DNA from: Octopus sinensis
Lineage: Eukaryota
Length of the DNA: 64,000 nt
NCBI RefSeq assembly: GCF_006345805.1
Contig: NC_042998.1
Span: forward strand, 16,678,001-16,742,000
Direction of reading: 5' to 3'
The notes under the pieces were generated by a model that worked only from the letters and a program-made list of their open reading frames with translations, had not been told where the DNA came from and ran no database searches. A program made the position numbers and the translations under genes. Below, piece after piece: positions 25,902 to 39,030 of this stretch; positions within the stretch are counted from its first letter, which is position 1; each line of letters starts with the position of its first letter.

Positions 25902-26712
25902 CAGGAATATATGCATGTGTGTATGTTGAGGTGAGGGAAAATAAATTATATGAAATTTCCCACTCATGCTTCGCATAATTTTCTCGTTTCAAAATTCTCG
26001 TTCAAATCTTCTTTCTGTCTTTCTCCATAAACACACATGCACGTATATATATATGTTAAGCATATACACATGCATACTCACATACACATATATTTATGAA
26101 CGGGTACATATTCCTATTTTCCTTTTTTATTTTTTACGATATAAACATTTAAGCAAATAATTTTTTTTTGAACGTTAGAATTAAAATGAATTTTGTCAGA
26201 TATTGATGAAATTATTGCGAGTCAAAACAAATATAAAAGGAAAATTCACTTTCATTTTTAAAGTTGTTTGATTAGCCTTGCGAAAATTTTATCTAATTAA
26301 GTTTTCCTATTCTAGAAAAGTGGGAAAGCCGTTAGATTATTGATATTCATATGGAAAACTTTGTTGACTTGTCGCTTTTTCTTGGATATCTTAGAGTTCC
26401 TCTTTTTTTTTATATTTATTTCAAATAATTCGATATTGCATATTAAATATTAAGGATTAATGAAAATGGCGATTCTGAAAAAGAAACTTTCAGTTGCATT
26501 TCTCCTAGTAAATATCTGTTTCCCATATTGAATTAAACGTTGCTATTATAAATATTTTTGTTTAATGACATAGATTGTAAACATATTATAATAATATGCA
26601 CGTAGTTAATGTTTGTCACAATGATATCAAATTTTACATATATATATGTATAAACACTCTCTATCTTTCTCTCTTTGCTTGTATATTCATATATAAATGC
26701 ATACATACACAC

Positions 26713-26751
<39 letters not shown>

Positions 26752-26792
26752 CGTTTGTATATATACTTATCTCTCACTCTTTCACTCTCTCT

Positions 26793-26829
<37 letters not shown>

Positions 26830-27909
26830 TAGACAAAACGAAAGAAAATGGAGCCCGGTATATTTCGTAGTAGAATGATTTATAATTTCAAATTGTAGCA
26901 TAGGGCTATGAATTTTATGGGACGGAGTAAGTCGATTACATCGAACCCAGTATTTAACTGGTATATATTTTATCTATTTCAAATGAATGAACAGCAAAGA
27001 TGACTCCGGTGGCATTTCAGCTCAGAACGTAAAGTCGGGAGACATGCCGCTAACCAATTTTTCCGGCGTCGTATCTATTTCTGCTAACACATCGCCTGCG
27101 TATTTAAATATAGTATTCTATAAGAAAGATAGATTCGGTTCTATGCAACTTAGAAAATTTTTAGGCATCCTACAGAAACCTAGCTTGTTGGCCTCAGGTA
27201 CCCGAGTGGGGTGCTGATAGATTTCCTATATGATTACCGGAAACTCAGCTGCTTTTCGTGCGTCGCATGGTGTTATTTGTAATGGAATCAATATTCGAGT
27301 GACACCAAAAATTTTAGAACTCCTGGGTTATAGGTGCGTGTTCCTGTGCTTGTGCAAACAACAATTTGCACAAAAGACAAATCCAGAGGGAGACAAACAT
27401 CCAAAATATGCAACCCAACAGTAACATCTCTTGATTCATTGATACACTGTGTTATTTACGTGAATTCACGAGAATCACCGCGAACTAAACGAGGCTGTAC
27501 TTTCCAAAATGGAGGAGGACACCTTTCTCCATGTGAGTGGATAGAAATATTGTTAAGGCACTATCTTTACTTTTCTTAAAATGAAACAACAGTAGCCTTA
27601 ATTCACAAATATAGAAATGATATCAACCAATGCGGTATTGAGCACTCGTCTTCATATATATAAAAGAAAATTTAGAAAATGAAGATGTAGCAATAATGTA
27701 ATGTATTAACTGCAAAATCCAACATATTCTCTGAACAGCTGGAAGAGAAGTTGGATGTTTGTAGTAAATAAATTATATTAATGCTGCATCTCAATTTTCT
27801 AAATTTTCTTTTGAATATTTATAAACCAAGATTTATATTTAGAACTGTTATTTCATGCGTATTACGATTCACAAAAAAATACTAGGCAATGAACTAGAAA
27901 TTGATTCAA

Positions 27910-28161
27910 CTTCTCAGCCCTTTTAAAGCCTAGCGAGGCTCATGGGCCCAGTTTTCCAGTTTCAATGGATTATGCTCTCCCCAGCTGAACAGGACGCCAG
28001 CCCATCGCAGCGTTACTCATTTTTGCCAGCTGAGTGGACTGGAGCAAAGTGGAATGAATTGTTTTGCTCAAGAATACAACACGTCGCCCGGTCGACGAAT
28101 CGAAACCACAGTCTTACGATCATGATGCTGACATCCTAACCACTTAACCACGCGCCTCCAC
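27910..28161 (-). mobile_element. tRNA-derived SINE family C, copy 1 of a tandem duplication
   Basis: The minus strand begins GTGGAGGCGCGTGGTTAAGTGGTTAG...GGTTTCGATTCG (A/B boxes), followed by TTCTTGAGCAAAAC...TTGCTCCAGTCCACTCAGCTG. Confidence 0.8.
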
Positions 28162-28257
28162 AATAATTTATTGCATATTATTATTATTATTATTATTATT
28201 ATATTATTATTATTATTATTATTATCCCTTAATGAGTCTCTTTTAATCTCTAATTAA

Positions 28258-28299
<42 letters not shown>

Positions 28300-28319
28300 T
28301 TAACTAGTAATTGATTCAA

Positions 28320-28570
28320 CTTCTCAGCCCTTTTAAAGCCTAGCGAGGCTCATGGGCCCAGTTTCCAGTTTCAATGGATTATGCGCTCCCCAGCTGAACG
28401 GGACGCCAGCCCATCGCAGCGTTACTCATTTTTGCCAGCTGAGTGGACTGGAGCAAAGTGAAATGAAGTGTTTTGCTCAAGAATACAACACGTCGCCCGG
28501 TCGACGAATCGAAACCACAGTCTTACGATCATGATGCTGACATCCTAACCACTTAACCACGCGCCTCCAC
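28320..28570 (-). mobile_element. SINE family C, copy 2 of the tandem duplication
   Basis: Nearly identical to 27,910-28,161 at a 410-bp offset. Confidence 0.8.
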
Positions 28571-28584
28571 AATAATTTATTGCA

Positions 28585-28636
<52 letters not shown>

Positions 28637-28689
28637 TATTATTATTATTATTAATATCCCTTAATGAGTCTCTTTTAATCTCTAATTAA

Positions 28690-28745
<56 letters not shown>

Positions 28746-28984
28746 GTGTGTGTATGTCATTTATATAAATATATATATGTGTGTGAGTGCGTGTGTGTGA
28801 GTGTGTATGAAAGCACATGGCTTAGTGGTTCGCGTGATGGCAGGTATTGAGTTCGTCTCCCAGACTGTGTGTTGCATTGTATTTTTGAGCAAAGCACTTC
28901 ATTTCACGCTGCTTTGCGATCATTTCGTCATCTGACATGCGGAACACGACCCAACTGCACAGGTGATTTATATATATATATACA

Positions 28985-30010
28985 CATACATACTTCCTCC
29001 GCCTTCGCTCTCGATCGCAACTCTACCTACCTCGAAAATATAAGCCTCCCTATCTAGATCCACCCGCTCTAAACAGACACTCCGACCTTTTTAAGGGCAG
29101 GAAGAGAACGATCCTATCGTTTGCACCACCATAATCCTTCCAAGTTAAATCTCTGCCTTAACTTCCCTTTAAAATCCTAAACTCTATCTTTCCACCACAA
29201 CATAAATACAGCCCAATCTTTAATACATCATTACTTAAAATCTCCTACAATACTACACCTAATTTCGGATACATAATCGCCTCCTCCAACAGACGCAAAC
29301 TACGACGCCAGTCCTTCGAACCTGCGAATCATCACACTGCACCCCATATTAAACTACATGTTTATCCACATTGACTAAATAATAACAAATCCAAGGAATC
29401 GTCCCAGGATACTACGCATGTTATCACATATACTAGCAGTGATACCCTCTCGCAAACCAATACTGATACTGACTGTATTTCCAATTCTTCCTCACAGGTA
29501 ACGGACCCCTGGAAATTTACTTCCCCAGCGGTAAACCCTAACCACAGTTGCGTTTCTCAGCTCTTTCCTCTTGGATGTCTCTGTCTCCGTACAAATGGAG
29601 TCTACAAGTGCCGTGTTATAAAAGAAAACACGCTTCCACCAAGAAAGGGCCTATATCGTCGGCAATGTTTATTTCAAGCGCTGCTATCGTGCACTCAGGA
29701 ACATTTTCTCCAATCTAAATTCTAACTAATCAATACCCTTAACAACGTATGTACAGGAATTCAAATCTCAAAATGTTCTCTATACCCTATACTGATCCAC
29801 CGTAAGTAAGGCTCCCACATACAATGCGAAGATGTGTTTAAGAGAATCACTGACTATCCTTAGACACTGTAACTCCTGATTGCGTAAAAGATTCCTGTAA
29901 CCTACTACACCCCACCTACATCATAACATCTCCACCTTCACAATTGGTATTTTTCCCTTCTATCATTTCTCCTCTATCAACCAAAAGCACTTAATATTAC
30001 CGCTCTCATT
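28985..30010 (+). mobile_element. Decayed Penelope-like element (RT thumb/linker and GIY-YIG remnant)
   Basis: Reads KRTILSFAPP...FKILNSIFPPQHKYSPIFNTSLLKISYNTTPNFGYIIASSNRRKL, then ...FPLGCLCLRTNGVYKCRV...AYIVG..FKRCY. This matches the PLE WF.PP / FP...IFN...KISY...PN / CPL.G.CL...VY pattern. Confidence 0.65.
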
Positions 30011-30018
30011 TGGATACT

Positions 30019-30360
30019 GTGAAGGCGCATGGCTATGTGGTTAGAGCGTCGTCGAGCTTACGATCGTGAGGTTGTGAGTTCGATTCCAGGACCAGGCTGC
30101 GTGTTGTGTTCTTGAGCAAAACACTTTTCTTCACGTTGCTCCAGTTAACTCAGCAGTAGAAATGAGTTGCGACGTCACAGGTGGCAAGCTGTATCGGCCT
30201 TTGCCTTTCCCTTGAATAACATCAGTGGTTGGAGAGGGAAGGCAGGTATGCATGGGCGACTGCTGGCCTTCCATAAACAGCCTTGCCCGGACTTGTATCT
30301 CAGAGGGCAACTTTCTGGGTGCAATCCAATGGTCATTCATGACCGAAGGGGGTCTCCCCC
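30019..30360 (+). mobile_element. tRNA-derived SINE (family C-related head, different 3' body)
   Basis: GGCGCATGGCTATGTGGTTAG A box and GAGTTCGATTCC B box. The body is homologous to the fragment at 43,340-43,510. Confidence 0.8.
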
Positions 30361-33317
30361 ATTTGGATTCTAACCTGCAAACCCTTTCTGTTCACTTCCT
30401 CTCTATTCAATCCCTCTCTATTCAATCCCTCTCTATTCATCCCTCTCTATTCACTTCTGTCTATTCAATGTCATACACCTTTTCATACATCGGCACTTCC
30501 TCTCTACTACCAACTTACATCTATTATTCCACTAACTACTGATATGTTGACCACCAACCCACCTTGGGTTCGTCTCCCAGACTGGGTGTTGCATTATGCT
30601 TTTGAGCAAAGCACTTCATTTCACGCTGCTTTGCGATCATTTCGTCATCTGTCCACCCACCTCTATCTTCTCCCATACCTTTCTACATACCTAAGTAATT
30701 TCCCTCTGCCACTGAACTAGACACTTTACTTCCGGCAAATAATTGTCATTCCTTTTCTTACTATCTCAACTTCCAGTAATTCTATTGCTATCATCCCTAA
30801 ACTTTAACAAATCCAACACAACAGATTACCATTCAAATACTATATACATCATCGGCTTATTCATCTTCCTACTCTCCATTTCTGCTACTACATTCCTTAG
30901 TACTCCCATTATTAACCTCTCACTCTTGGACAATGCTTTTCCTCTCACCATTCTTTGTTTTAAGCCCCCCCCCCAACCATTTCCCATCTAATACATCTCT
31001 CCACATTTAATAATTCCATCTTTGAACATCTCTGCATTAAGTTAAGGTCTGAAATGTAAGATTTTCTCTTCTCTGATGACAAAGGCTCGTCTATTCCAAT
31101 GGTAACTGAATCCATACAGCCATATATTGTGAGGAACTAAATCACCGAGCCCCCACCCCAAAGAGCTGTTGGACTTAGAACACCTCTCTTCGACCAATCT
31201 AGTTTTCTCTGCTTTTTGTACTCTGCGTAAGTTGGACCTATCATAATTTCTATATATTTATACATAAAATTTGATCATGGGAACATTTGTACCATTTGCT
31301 TTCTCTCGCTTTGAATGTGTACGTATATACGTATTTTGCATTTGATGATTTAATATATCTAATATATTTGATGTGTCTAATTTGTTTATCCGCATAGTAG
31401 CTTACACACACACACATGTACACACACACATATGTATACATACATATATATGTAAATATATGCCATTCACGATGCTTTCTTATAGATGAAGATATTTATT
31501 TGAAACATACTTTGTTTAATATGTATCATGATATTTGTATGTTGTTCAACTATGGGCATTTGAAGTGTGAATTAGATTGAGAAATGCAATTATTTCCTTA
31601 ATGAATATACTTAATATTCATTGTATTATATCATTTCTATTTCTTAATTTCTTGTAACATTCCAGGCATATTAAGTTGTATAACATGGTTTTCAGCAAAT
31701 CGCCTCCTGAACAATAAAAGAATCGTAACGCGATTATATAAACACATTTTTACGACATTGAATAAAATCGGAAAAAATAATTCATTTGGTGTAAAATATA
31801 TTCTTTTATCCATGTGAATACTGTGCGTTTATGTGTGTTTATTTCCGATTATGCGCAGCTAAGTGCATGCTTTCATATTTCGATTTTCCACTCTTGCTTT
31901 CTCGTTTATCTAAGTCTTTCCAATATTTTGATGGTAATTTAATTTCAATATGAAATGCTTTGCAGCAAAATTCATGTTTAACTTGAATAAATTGGATTTC
32001 TGATCTTGAAATATCCATTGCAATTTATTGCCTAAATCATATTGCTTCACCGGTAATAACATATTAATATATTTAATTCCTACAAAATTCGGCAAGAATC
32101 ATTCTTTACGTTATCAGACTGCTGGAATATATATACTGCGTAAAGAAGCCATAAAACAGGATATTCCAAGTTGTTCTACGCGTCTGAGAGGACATCGCTC
32201 TCTGGATTATTGAATATACGTTTACCTGTTATCATTTATCTATATATTTTCCGTTTCATGAATCTCTTACACCTACTTATACATGTATATTCTGAATTTG
32301 GCTAACATATAATAACATATTATATTACTGTTCATGTAGTCGGAACAGTACGATAAAGACATAACGTAGAACAGTATGTTGTCCTATTTGGCATGATAAT
32401 TAATCTCCCTAGCATTTATATTCATGATACTAGAGGCAGACAAAAGTTGATAGTATGTTTCTTGTTTAATGAATATTTGCCATTCCTCTGAAAACCCTTT
32501 TTTAATAAAGATTCAAATCTGTATAACTGTAAAATCCTTCCTTACAAAACTCGCATTTTAAGTGCGTTGGGAAAAGATTATCAAATACTGAATACAGAGA
32601 TATACAGGGGCCCAATAGTGCTGCGAGGCAAGAATTAAGAAAAAAAGCTACATAGGTCTCTTTACCATAAACGTTTACGAAAAAATATTTAATACATGTG
32701 TTAAGCGTATAGATATGATTTTAACGTTTATACTCTGTTCTTATTGTGTCCTACTAGATGTGTAGTTTTATTATGTATTAGTGTATTGAATAAGAATATT
32801 TCAACGTTTCCTACGTTAAGGTTTCACTTCAATGAAGATGGTGGAGATTAAAGTCGGCGATCACTTATATATAGACTATTGTTAGGTCATAATTGCCATG
32901 AATAAAGTGATTAATATACATTTGCAATCGAGGTTAAAAGGACAACCAAAACTACAATTGATTAAATGAATAGAAAAGCAAAATCATTGTCATAATTTGT
33001 TGTATCAATGTTGGTTTGTTCACCTCGTATAACATGGCGGTTTGGCTAATGCCAGTAATACTTAATTAATACTTATAATAATTAAGTACCGAACACTTAA
33101 GTTTGGTACTTAATTATTATAAGTATCGAACTTGTAATTACAGGGGTCGATTTCGACTTAATTTTTGAAGATGGTAAACCATTAGATAGGGGCGTTGGGT
33201 TTGGTGGTGCTGCTGTTTGCGTGTATATATACATTCACGCACGTCTATAGAAGTATGCACATCTACAGTCACCCAAGCACACACAAACACACACACGCAC
33301 AAACACACACACACACA

Positions 33318-33358
<41 letters not shown>

Positions 33359-33398
33359 CTATAGGTGCATATATATATATAGGCATACGCACATACGC

Positions 33399-33438
<40 letters not shown>

Positions 33439-34106
33439 ACAAAATACCCCCGACACGCACGCCTAGGCACATATATGCCCGTATATATTTGTGTACACAG
33501 AGGAGATAAAATGAGAGCATGGGAGCGTAATGTAGACTAGAACTAAATAATATTATTAATCACACTAACGTAAATGATATCTACAATTCTGTCTGACATT
33601 GCACTATTTTCTGTTTGACATTAATGGAGGCTTGCTGTCGTACGTACATATAGAAATTCGTAACCGTTGCGTTAATGATGGTTTTCTAACATGTTATATA
33701 ATAGTGATTAAGTACAGGTCACGATAATCGTGATATTTGTCAAACCTTGTTATGTATAAATATAATCGTAAGTGATATATGTGTATTTTAAAATAATAGA
33801 ACTATTTAAATTTATCACATTAGTCGTAGCATCATATACCATCTGTGCTTGCATCGAATAATCACAATAATAGAAACAAAGTTTTAAGTTAATAATATTT
33901 ATTACACGACAGTACCTAAGTCTATCACGGAAACAGCGGTCTATTTTACTATTGTTTAGGCTCTGTGGCAAATATTATGTTACAACATTGTCTTCTTCTG
34001 CCTGCAGCTTCTATTTGTATTTCCCTACAATTTGTATTTCCCCGCAATTTTTTTGGTCCTTTTTACCAAACTATTTTCTGTCAAAATTTAATATTAGCTT
34101 TATATA

Positions 34107-34271
34107 GGCGCAGGAGTGGCTGTGTGGTAAGTAGCTTGCTAACCAACCACATGGTTCCGGGTTCAGTCTCACTGCGTGGCATCTTGGGCAATTGTCTTCT
34201 GTTATAGCCCCTGGCCGACCAATGCCTTGTGAGTGGATTTGGTAGACGGAAACTGAAAGAAGCCTCTCATG

Positions 34272-34368
<97 letters not shown>

Positions 34369-34573
34369 TTGTGTGTCTGTGTTTGTCCCCCTAGCATTGC
34401 TTGACAACTGATGCTGGTGTGTTTACGTCCCCGTCACTTAGCGGTTCGGCAAAAGGGATTGATAGAATAAGTACTGGGCTTACAAAGAATATGTTCCGGG
34501 GTCGATTTGCTCGACTAAAGGCGGTGCTCCAGCATGACCGCAGTCAAATGACTGAAACAAGTAAAAGAGTAAA
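34107..34573 (+). mobile_element. tRNA-derived SINE family A, full-length reference copy in this window
   Basis: GGCGCAGGAGTGGCTGTGTGGTAAGTAGCTTGCT head, B-box-like GGTTCAGTCTC, central (TA)n(TG)n, and a 3' CTGAAACAAGTAAAAGAGTAAA tail. Confidence 0.92.
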
Positions 34574-35116
34574 GAGAGAGAGAGAGAGATATGCAAGAGA
34601 TAAATGTGACATTACAGCCTCATAGGAAGAAGAATCCGTAAAAATATAAACATACACATGAAAATTATTCCTGCACTCTGCATTACCCTATTCAAACTCT
34701 ATATTACTGGAAATTGTGTGGTCTAAGAGATCATATAATTATTCCAATAAAGTATCACCTACCCTCTCTTAATCACAAACACCCACTTGTATATAGCAGG
34801 CAAGAAAGTACACTAATTCGGACGCGTGCTGACACACATATACGCACACGCATTCTTGCAGACCTTGCCAGATTCCAAGACACCTCGAATTCCCACTAGT
34901 CACCAAGATGGTACAAGTTCCCTTTGAAGTCACGCGGTCCAAGAAAATACTCCTTTGTAATGCATCTGGTGCTGCTGAGTTTCGGACTTCCCTTCTAACA
35001 ACATCATGTGACGCAACTTGAAAAATAGCAGCATATTCTGCAATAAGCCGGGATTATGTTTGAAGCATGCGAAACGTTAAATTCTAGCAACAAATGCAAC
35101 AACAAAAGTAATAGTG

Positions 35117-35183
<67 letters not shown>

Positions 35184-35205
35184 TAATAATAATAATAATA
35201 ATAAT
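35117..35205. repeat. (TAA)n tract 5' of the Dong-like insertion
   Basis: Direct inspection. Confidence 0.95.
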
Positions 35206-37134
35206 GGATCCTCGAAACACTAGCCATTAACAAAGTAGCACCAACAATCATAAAATTCGTAGAGCACTCTATGAATAAATGGCAAACAGTCCTACGCCTC
35301 CAAACAAAAGAGGGACTCATGAAAACAAAAGACATCCCCATTAGGAGAGGAATATTCCAGGGAGACATGCTCTCTCCACTCCTTTTCTGCTTGGCACTGT
35401 CACCTCTATCTGATATGCTAAATAGAACTGGATGCGGATATAAATGTTACGGCAAAACGATCAGCCACCTTTCATATATGGATGACCTAAAACTATACGC
35501 TGCAAATGACAAACAGCTGGAAACGCTATTAAAGACAGTTCATGGATTTACCAAAGAAATAGATATGAAATTTGGATTAGAAAAATGCGCCAAAGTAACT
35601 ATGAAAAGAGGAAAACTAGTTAAGAGTAACAACATCACACTAGATAAAACCAATGAAATAAAAGAATTAGGCCAAAGCCAAACTTACAAATACTTAGGAA
35701 TCCATGAACTAGACAAGACACAACACACACAAATGAAAGAGTAAATAAAATAAGAATATTATAGACGAGTTAGATCAATACTAAAAACAGAGCTCAATGC
35801 TAAAAATAAGATAATAGGTATCAACACTTTAGCTGTCCCAGTTATAAGTTACAGCTACAATATACTTAACTGGACACGAAATGAACTGTCCAAAATAGAT
35901 AGGAAAACAAGAAAAATACTGACAGGATCTAGGATGCATCACCCAAAATCTGACATAGAAAGACTATATATACAACGTATAGAAGGTGGTAGAGGCCTTA
36001 TACAGCTGGAAAACTACTATAAAATAACCACCATAGGACTGCAAAAATATCTACTTCAGAAGGAAGGAAAACTGATCCAGATAGCAGCAAAACACGAGCA
36101 AAACAAAAGACTGTTCTCAGTATTTAAGGAAGCTGACAAATACAAAAAAGAAATCATACCAACTAATAAACATGATGAAGAAGAAGAAGATGATGAAGAA
36201 ACAACAAAAGCTATAAAACAAATGAAATCTAAACTAAAAATAGAACAGCAACGAAACATGATAAAACGATGGCAAGAAGAGCCCCTTCATGGTAAATACT
36301 GGACTAAACTAAACGCAAAAGAAATAGACAAAGAAAAATCCCAGCAATGGTTGATAATCTCAGGACTCAAAGCAGAAACAGAGGGATTTTTAATTGCAGC
36401 ACAAGACCAAAGCCTCCCCACCAGAAATTACCAAAAACATGTAATGAAAAGAAATATTACAAGTAACTGCAGAATATGTGGAGATGGACAAGAAACAATA
36501 AATCATATTATCTCTAGCTGCCCAGTCCTGGCTAAGAAGGAATATATTCACAGACATGACAGAGTTGGAACCTACATACATTGGAAGCTATGCCAACATT
36601 ATGGAATAACAACAGAAAAAAGATGGTATAGACACACACCAGAAAAGGTCACAGAAAACGAGAGAGCAACCATACTCTGGGATATGCCGATACACACAGA
36701 TAGAGAAATTAAGGCCAACAGACCAGATAGAGTTGTTAGAGATCATGAAGAAAACAAATGCTTTCTAATTGATGTATCACTACCGGCAGATGACAACGTG
36801 CCTCTAAAAGAAATGGAGAAACTCTCAAAATACAAAGACCTGGAAATAGAGGTAACTAGAATGTAGAATCTGAAAACAGAAACAATTCCTATCATAGTAG
36901 GTGCATTAGGCATGATAAAAAATATTCAGATAAATACATAACAAAAACACCAGGACTTACAAACACATATAACATACAGAAAATTTCACTACTAGGCACT
37001 GCACACATCCTACGCAGAACACTTTCCATACAATAACCATCAGAGCATCACAACAAATCACAGCACATACCCAAGGCACACAGAGCTGCGCTCGGTAGTG
37101 AAGTGAAAGCACGCTATAAAAATAAAACTACTGA

Positions 37135-37136
<2 letters not shown>
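35206..37136 (+). mobile_element. 5'-truncated R4/Dong-clade LINE (RT C-terminal half, CCHC knuckle, RLE endonuclease, 3' UTR)
   Basis: RT motifs RGIFQGDMLSPLLF and SHLSYMDDLKLYA, knuckle CRICGDGQETINHIISSC, and RLE NRPDRVV..LIDVS..KLSKYKDL. The frame is nearly continuous, with two TAA stops at about 35,742-35,753, a TAG at 36,864 and a late frameshift. (TAA)n lies on both sides. Confidence 0.95.

Positions 37137-37218
<82 letters not shown>
37137..37218. repeat. (TAA)n tail
   Basis: Direct inspection. Confidence 0.95.
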
Positions 37219-37221
<3 letters not shown>

Positions 37222-37767
37222 TTCTGCTCAATACCACAGAATATTCTTCTCAATACCACATGTTTGGAAGTGTTATTATGTACATTGTTTTGTCTTGGTA
37301 TAAAAGTTGGGCTACAGCAAATATTCTGCTCAATACCACAGATTTGCTTGTCAGTTGTTTGACCTTAACCAGTGGAACATGTCCCTTAGTGGCTGACGAT
37401 ATATGCATCTCTGATCACGAGCAGAAGTTATGGGGGAGCCTCATAGACATGTGTTGAGAGGGATTCTTTGGGATTTGAATAATTCACCTCTGGAAACATG
37501 GGTGCTTCTTTCAACATCCTTAAACATCCCTTATTCAGGGACCTTTTGAGCGGGATGGGCTACTCAACCTGAAGAAAATTCTAACTGGGCCCCACCTGCA
37601 AGGCCATGCGCTGTTTATCTTGATATGAGATCACCATGTCGCGCACATATGGCTGTGATGCATGTTCCTGGTGTACCCTTATCAGACGGGTAGTCATGAT
37701 GGGTATATTGGGCTTCGTATATTTTACCCCAGTGTCACTTTGATGGCATGCACTACTCCCTCACTCA
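37219..37767 (+). mobile_element. Non-coding interspersed-repeat-like element bounded by (TAA)n on both sides
   Basis: A GC-richer 550-bp block with no ORF. It starts with repeated AATATTCTGCTCAATACCACAG units and ends directly in (AAT)n at 37,768-37,872. Confidence 0.45.
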
Positions 37768-37776
37768 ATAATAATG

Positions 37777-37867
<91 letters not shown>

Positions 37868-37889
37868 TAATAATATACACTTACTGGAT

Positions 37890-39030
37890 AATTTTTAAAA
37901 CCACTTATTAGTTGATAAAATTAGAAATTGAAGAACCATATTGACAGGAAAGAATGTAGCATGGATAGTTTACAAAACGAATATGACATTCTACCAGACA
38001 TTTGGATAAGTAAAACAATGAGCATATTTGGAATAGCAAAAGAAAAAAATACACAAAGAAAATACTTAATGAATGTATGAAATATTGGAATACTGAATTG
38101 ATCAGAGGAACACAAAAACTCGGAAAAGTGAACACCAGATGTGGAATATTCCAAGATGACAGCCTATCTTCATTAATATTCGTGCTGACCATGTCACTGC
38201 TCACTATGATACTACGAAAAGTAAAATATTGCTTACCATTTGGGAAAAAGAAATAGTCAGATAAAGCATCTCCGTTTCATGGCTGATAAAGAGGTTTATG
38301 CCAAATATGAGAAACTGCTTGAATGTCTTGTACTTACTATGTGCATTTTTTCAAATGACGTACGTATAGAATTTGGGATAGAAAACGGCGTTATATTGAT
38401 AATGAAAGGAGAGACATTTGAGAGAAATCAGGGAATTGAATTGCCAAAAACGCAAACAATGAGAGCGGTTGAGAAAATATGGTGATATAAGACAAGATTA
38501 AAATGCAGAGCTTCTAGAACTTTGAACGAGACCGTGTTGACACAGGTAGAATATAGGAGGTCGTTTTGTCACAGGAAGAATATAAGAAATGGAGGAACGA
38601 ACAGACTATACACTAGCAACTGTGCCAGAAATGAGGATTTGAAGCTGAAAACACATGGTAAAATCACTGGGTCAACACAGTTCTGGAGTCGGAGAAATGT
38701 AAGGTTTTCTGAGACTTTTCTATTCAAACAGACCAGAAATTAGAAGACAATTGAACAGATATATCGATTGTAGATAAGGAAAAGCGAAGTTGCTTACATA
38801 TCGACATATTATACCCATTTGTTTCCAGGATCGTAGAGAAAGAGGGAGAAAAACAAACCAAACAATAAAATCACTTAAAGTTTGAAATTTGGAAGAATTC
38901 GGAGCACGCGAATAATAAATGTTGTGCATATACTTATCGGTGCGTTTGGAACAGAAAGAAAGGAATAATGGCTGAAGGAGATTGAAATAGATCTCTTACA
39001 GAATGGCTTTTACTCTCTCTAAGAGGGACA
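37890..39030 (+). mobile_element. Heavily decayed R4/Dong-like LINE
   Basis: Remnant motifs VAWIVYK..EYDILPDIWI (AWIDY.KA.D..PHSWI), DDSLSSLIFVL (QGDSLSPLLF), QIKHLRFMADKEVYAK (NHLLFMDDLKLY) and HILIGAFGT. Confidence 0.7.

Noticed and set aside
31070-31115. CTGATGA near the end of the 29-kb PLE
   Set aside because: No matching helix II plus GAAA follows.
34107-34185. Bona fide tRNA gene
   Set aside because: The tRNA-like head runs into a SINE body and occurs in many diverged copies, and it does not form a full cloverleaf.
37219-37342. Three 22-bp direct repeats as a CRISPR-like array
   Set aside because: Eukaryotic context, irregular spacing (one adjacent pair) and no cas genes.
37350-37415. 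Possible HDV-like ribozyme (GUCAGUU/GGCUGAC 7-bp helix) near the start of the TAA-bounded element
   Set aside because: P1 can be drawn, but P1.1, P4 and the J4/2 catalytic strand do not fit convincingly.
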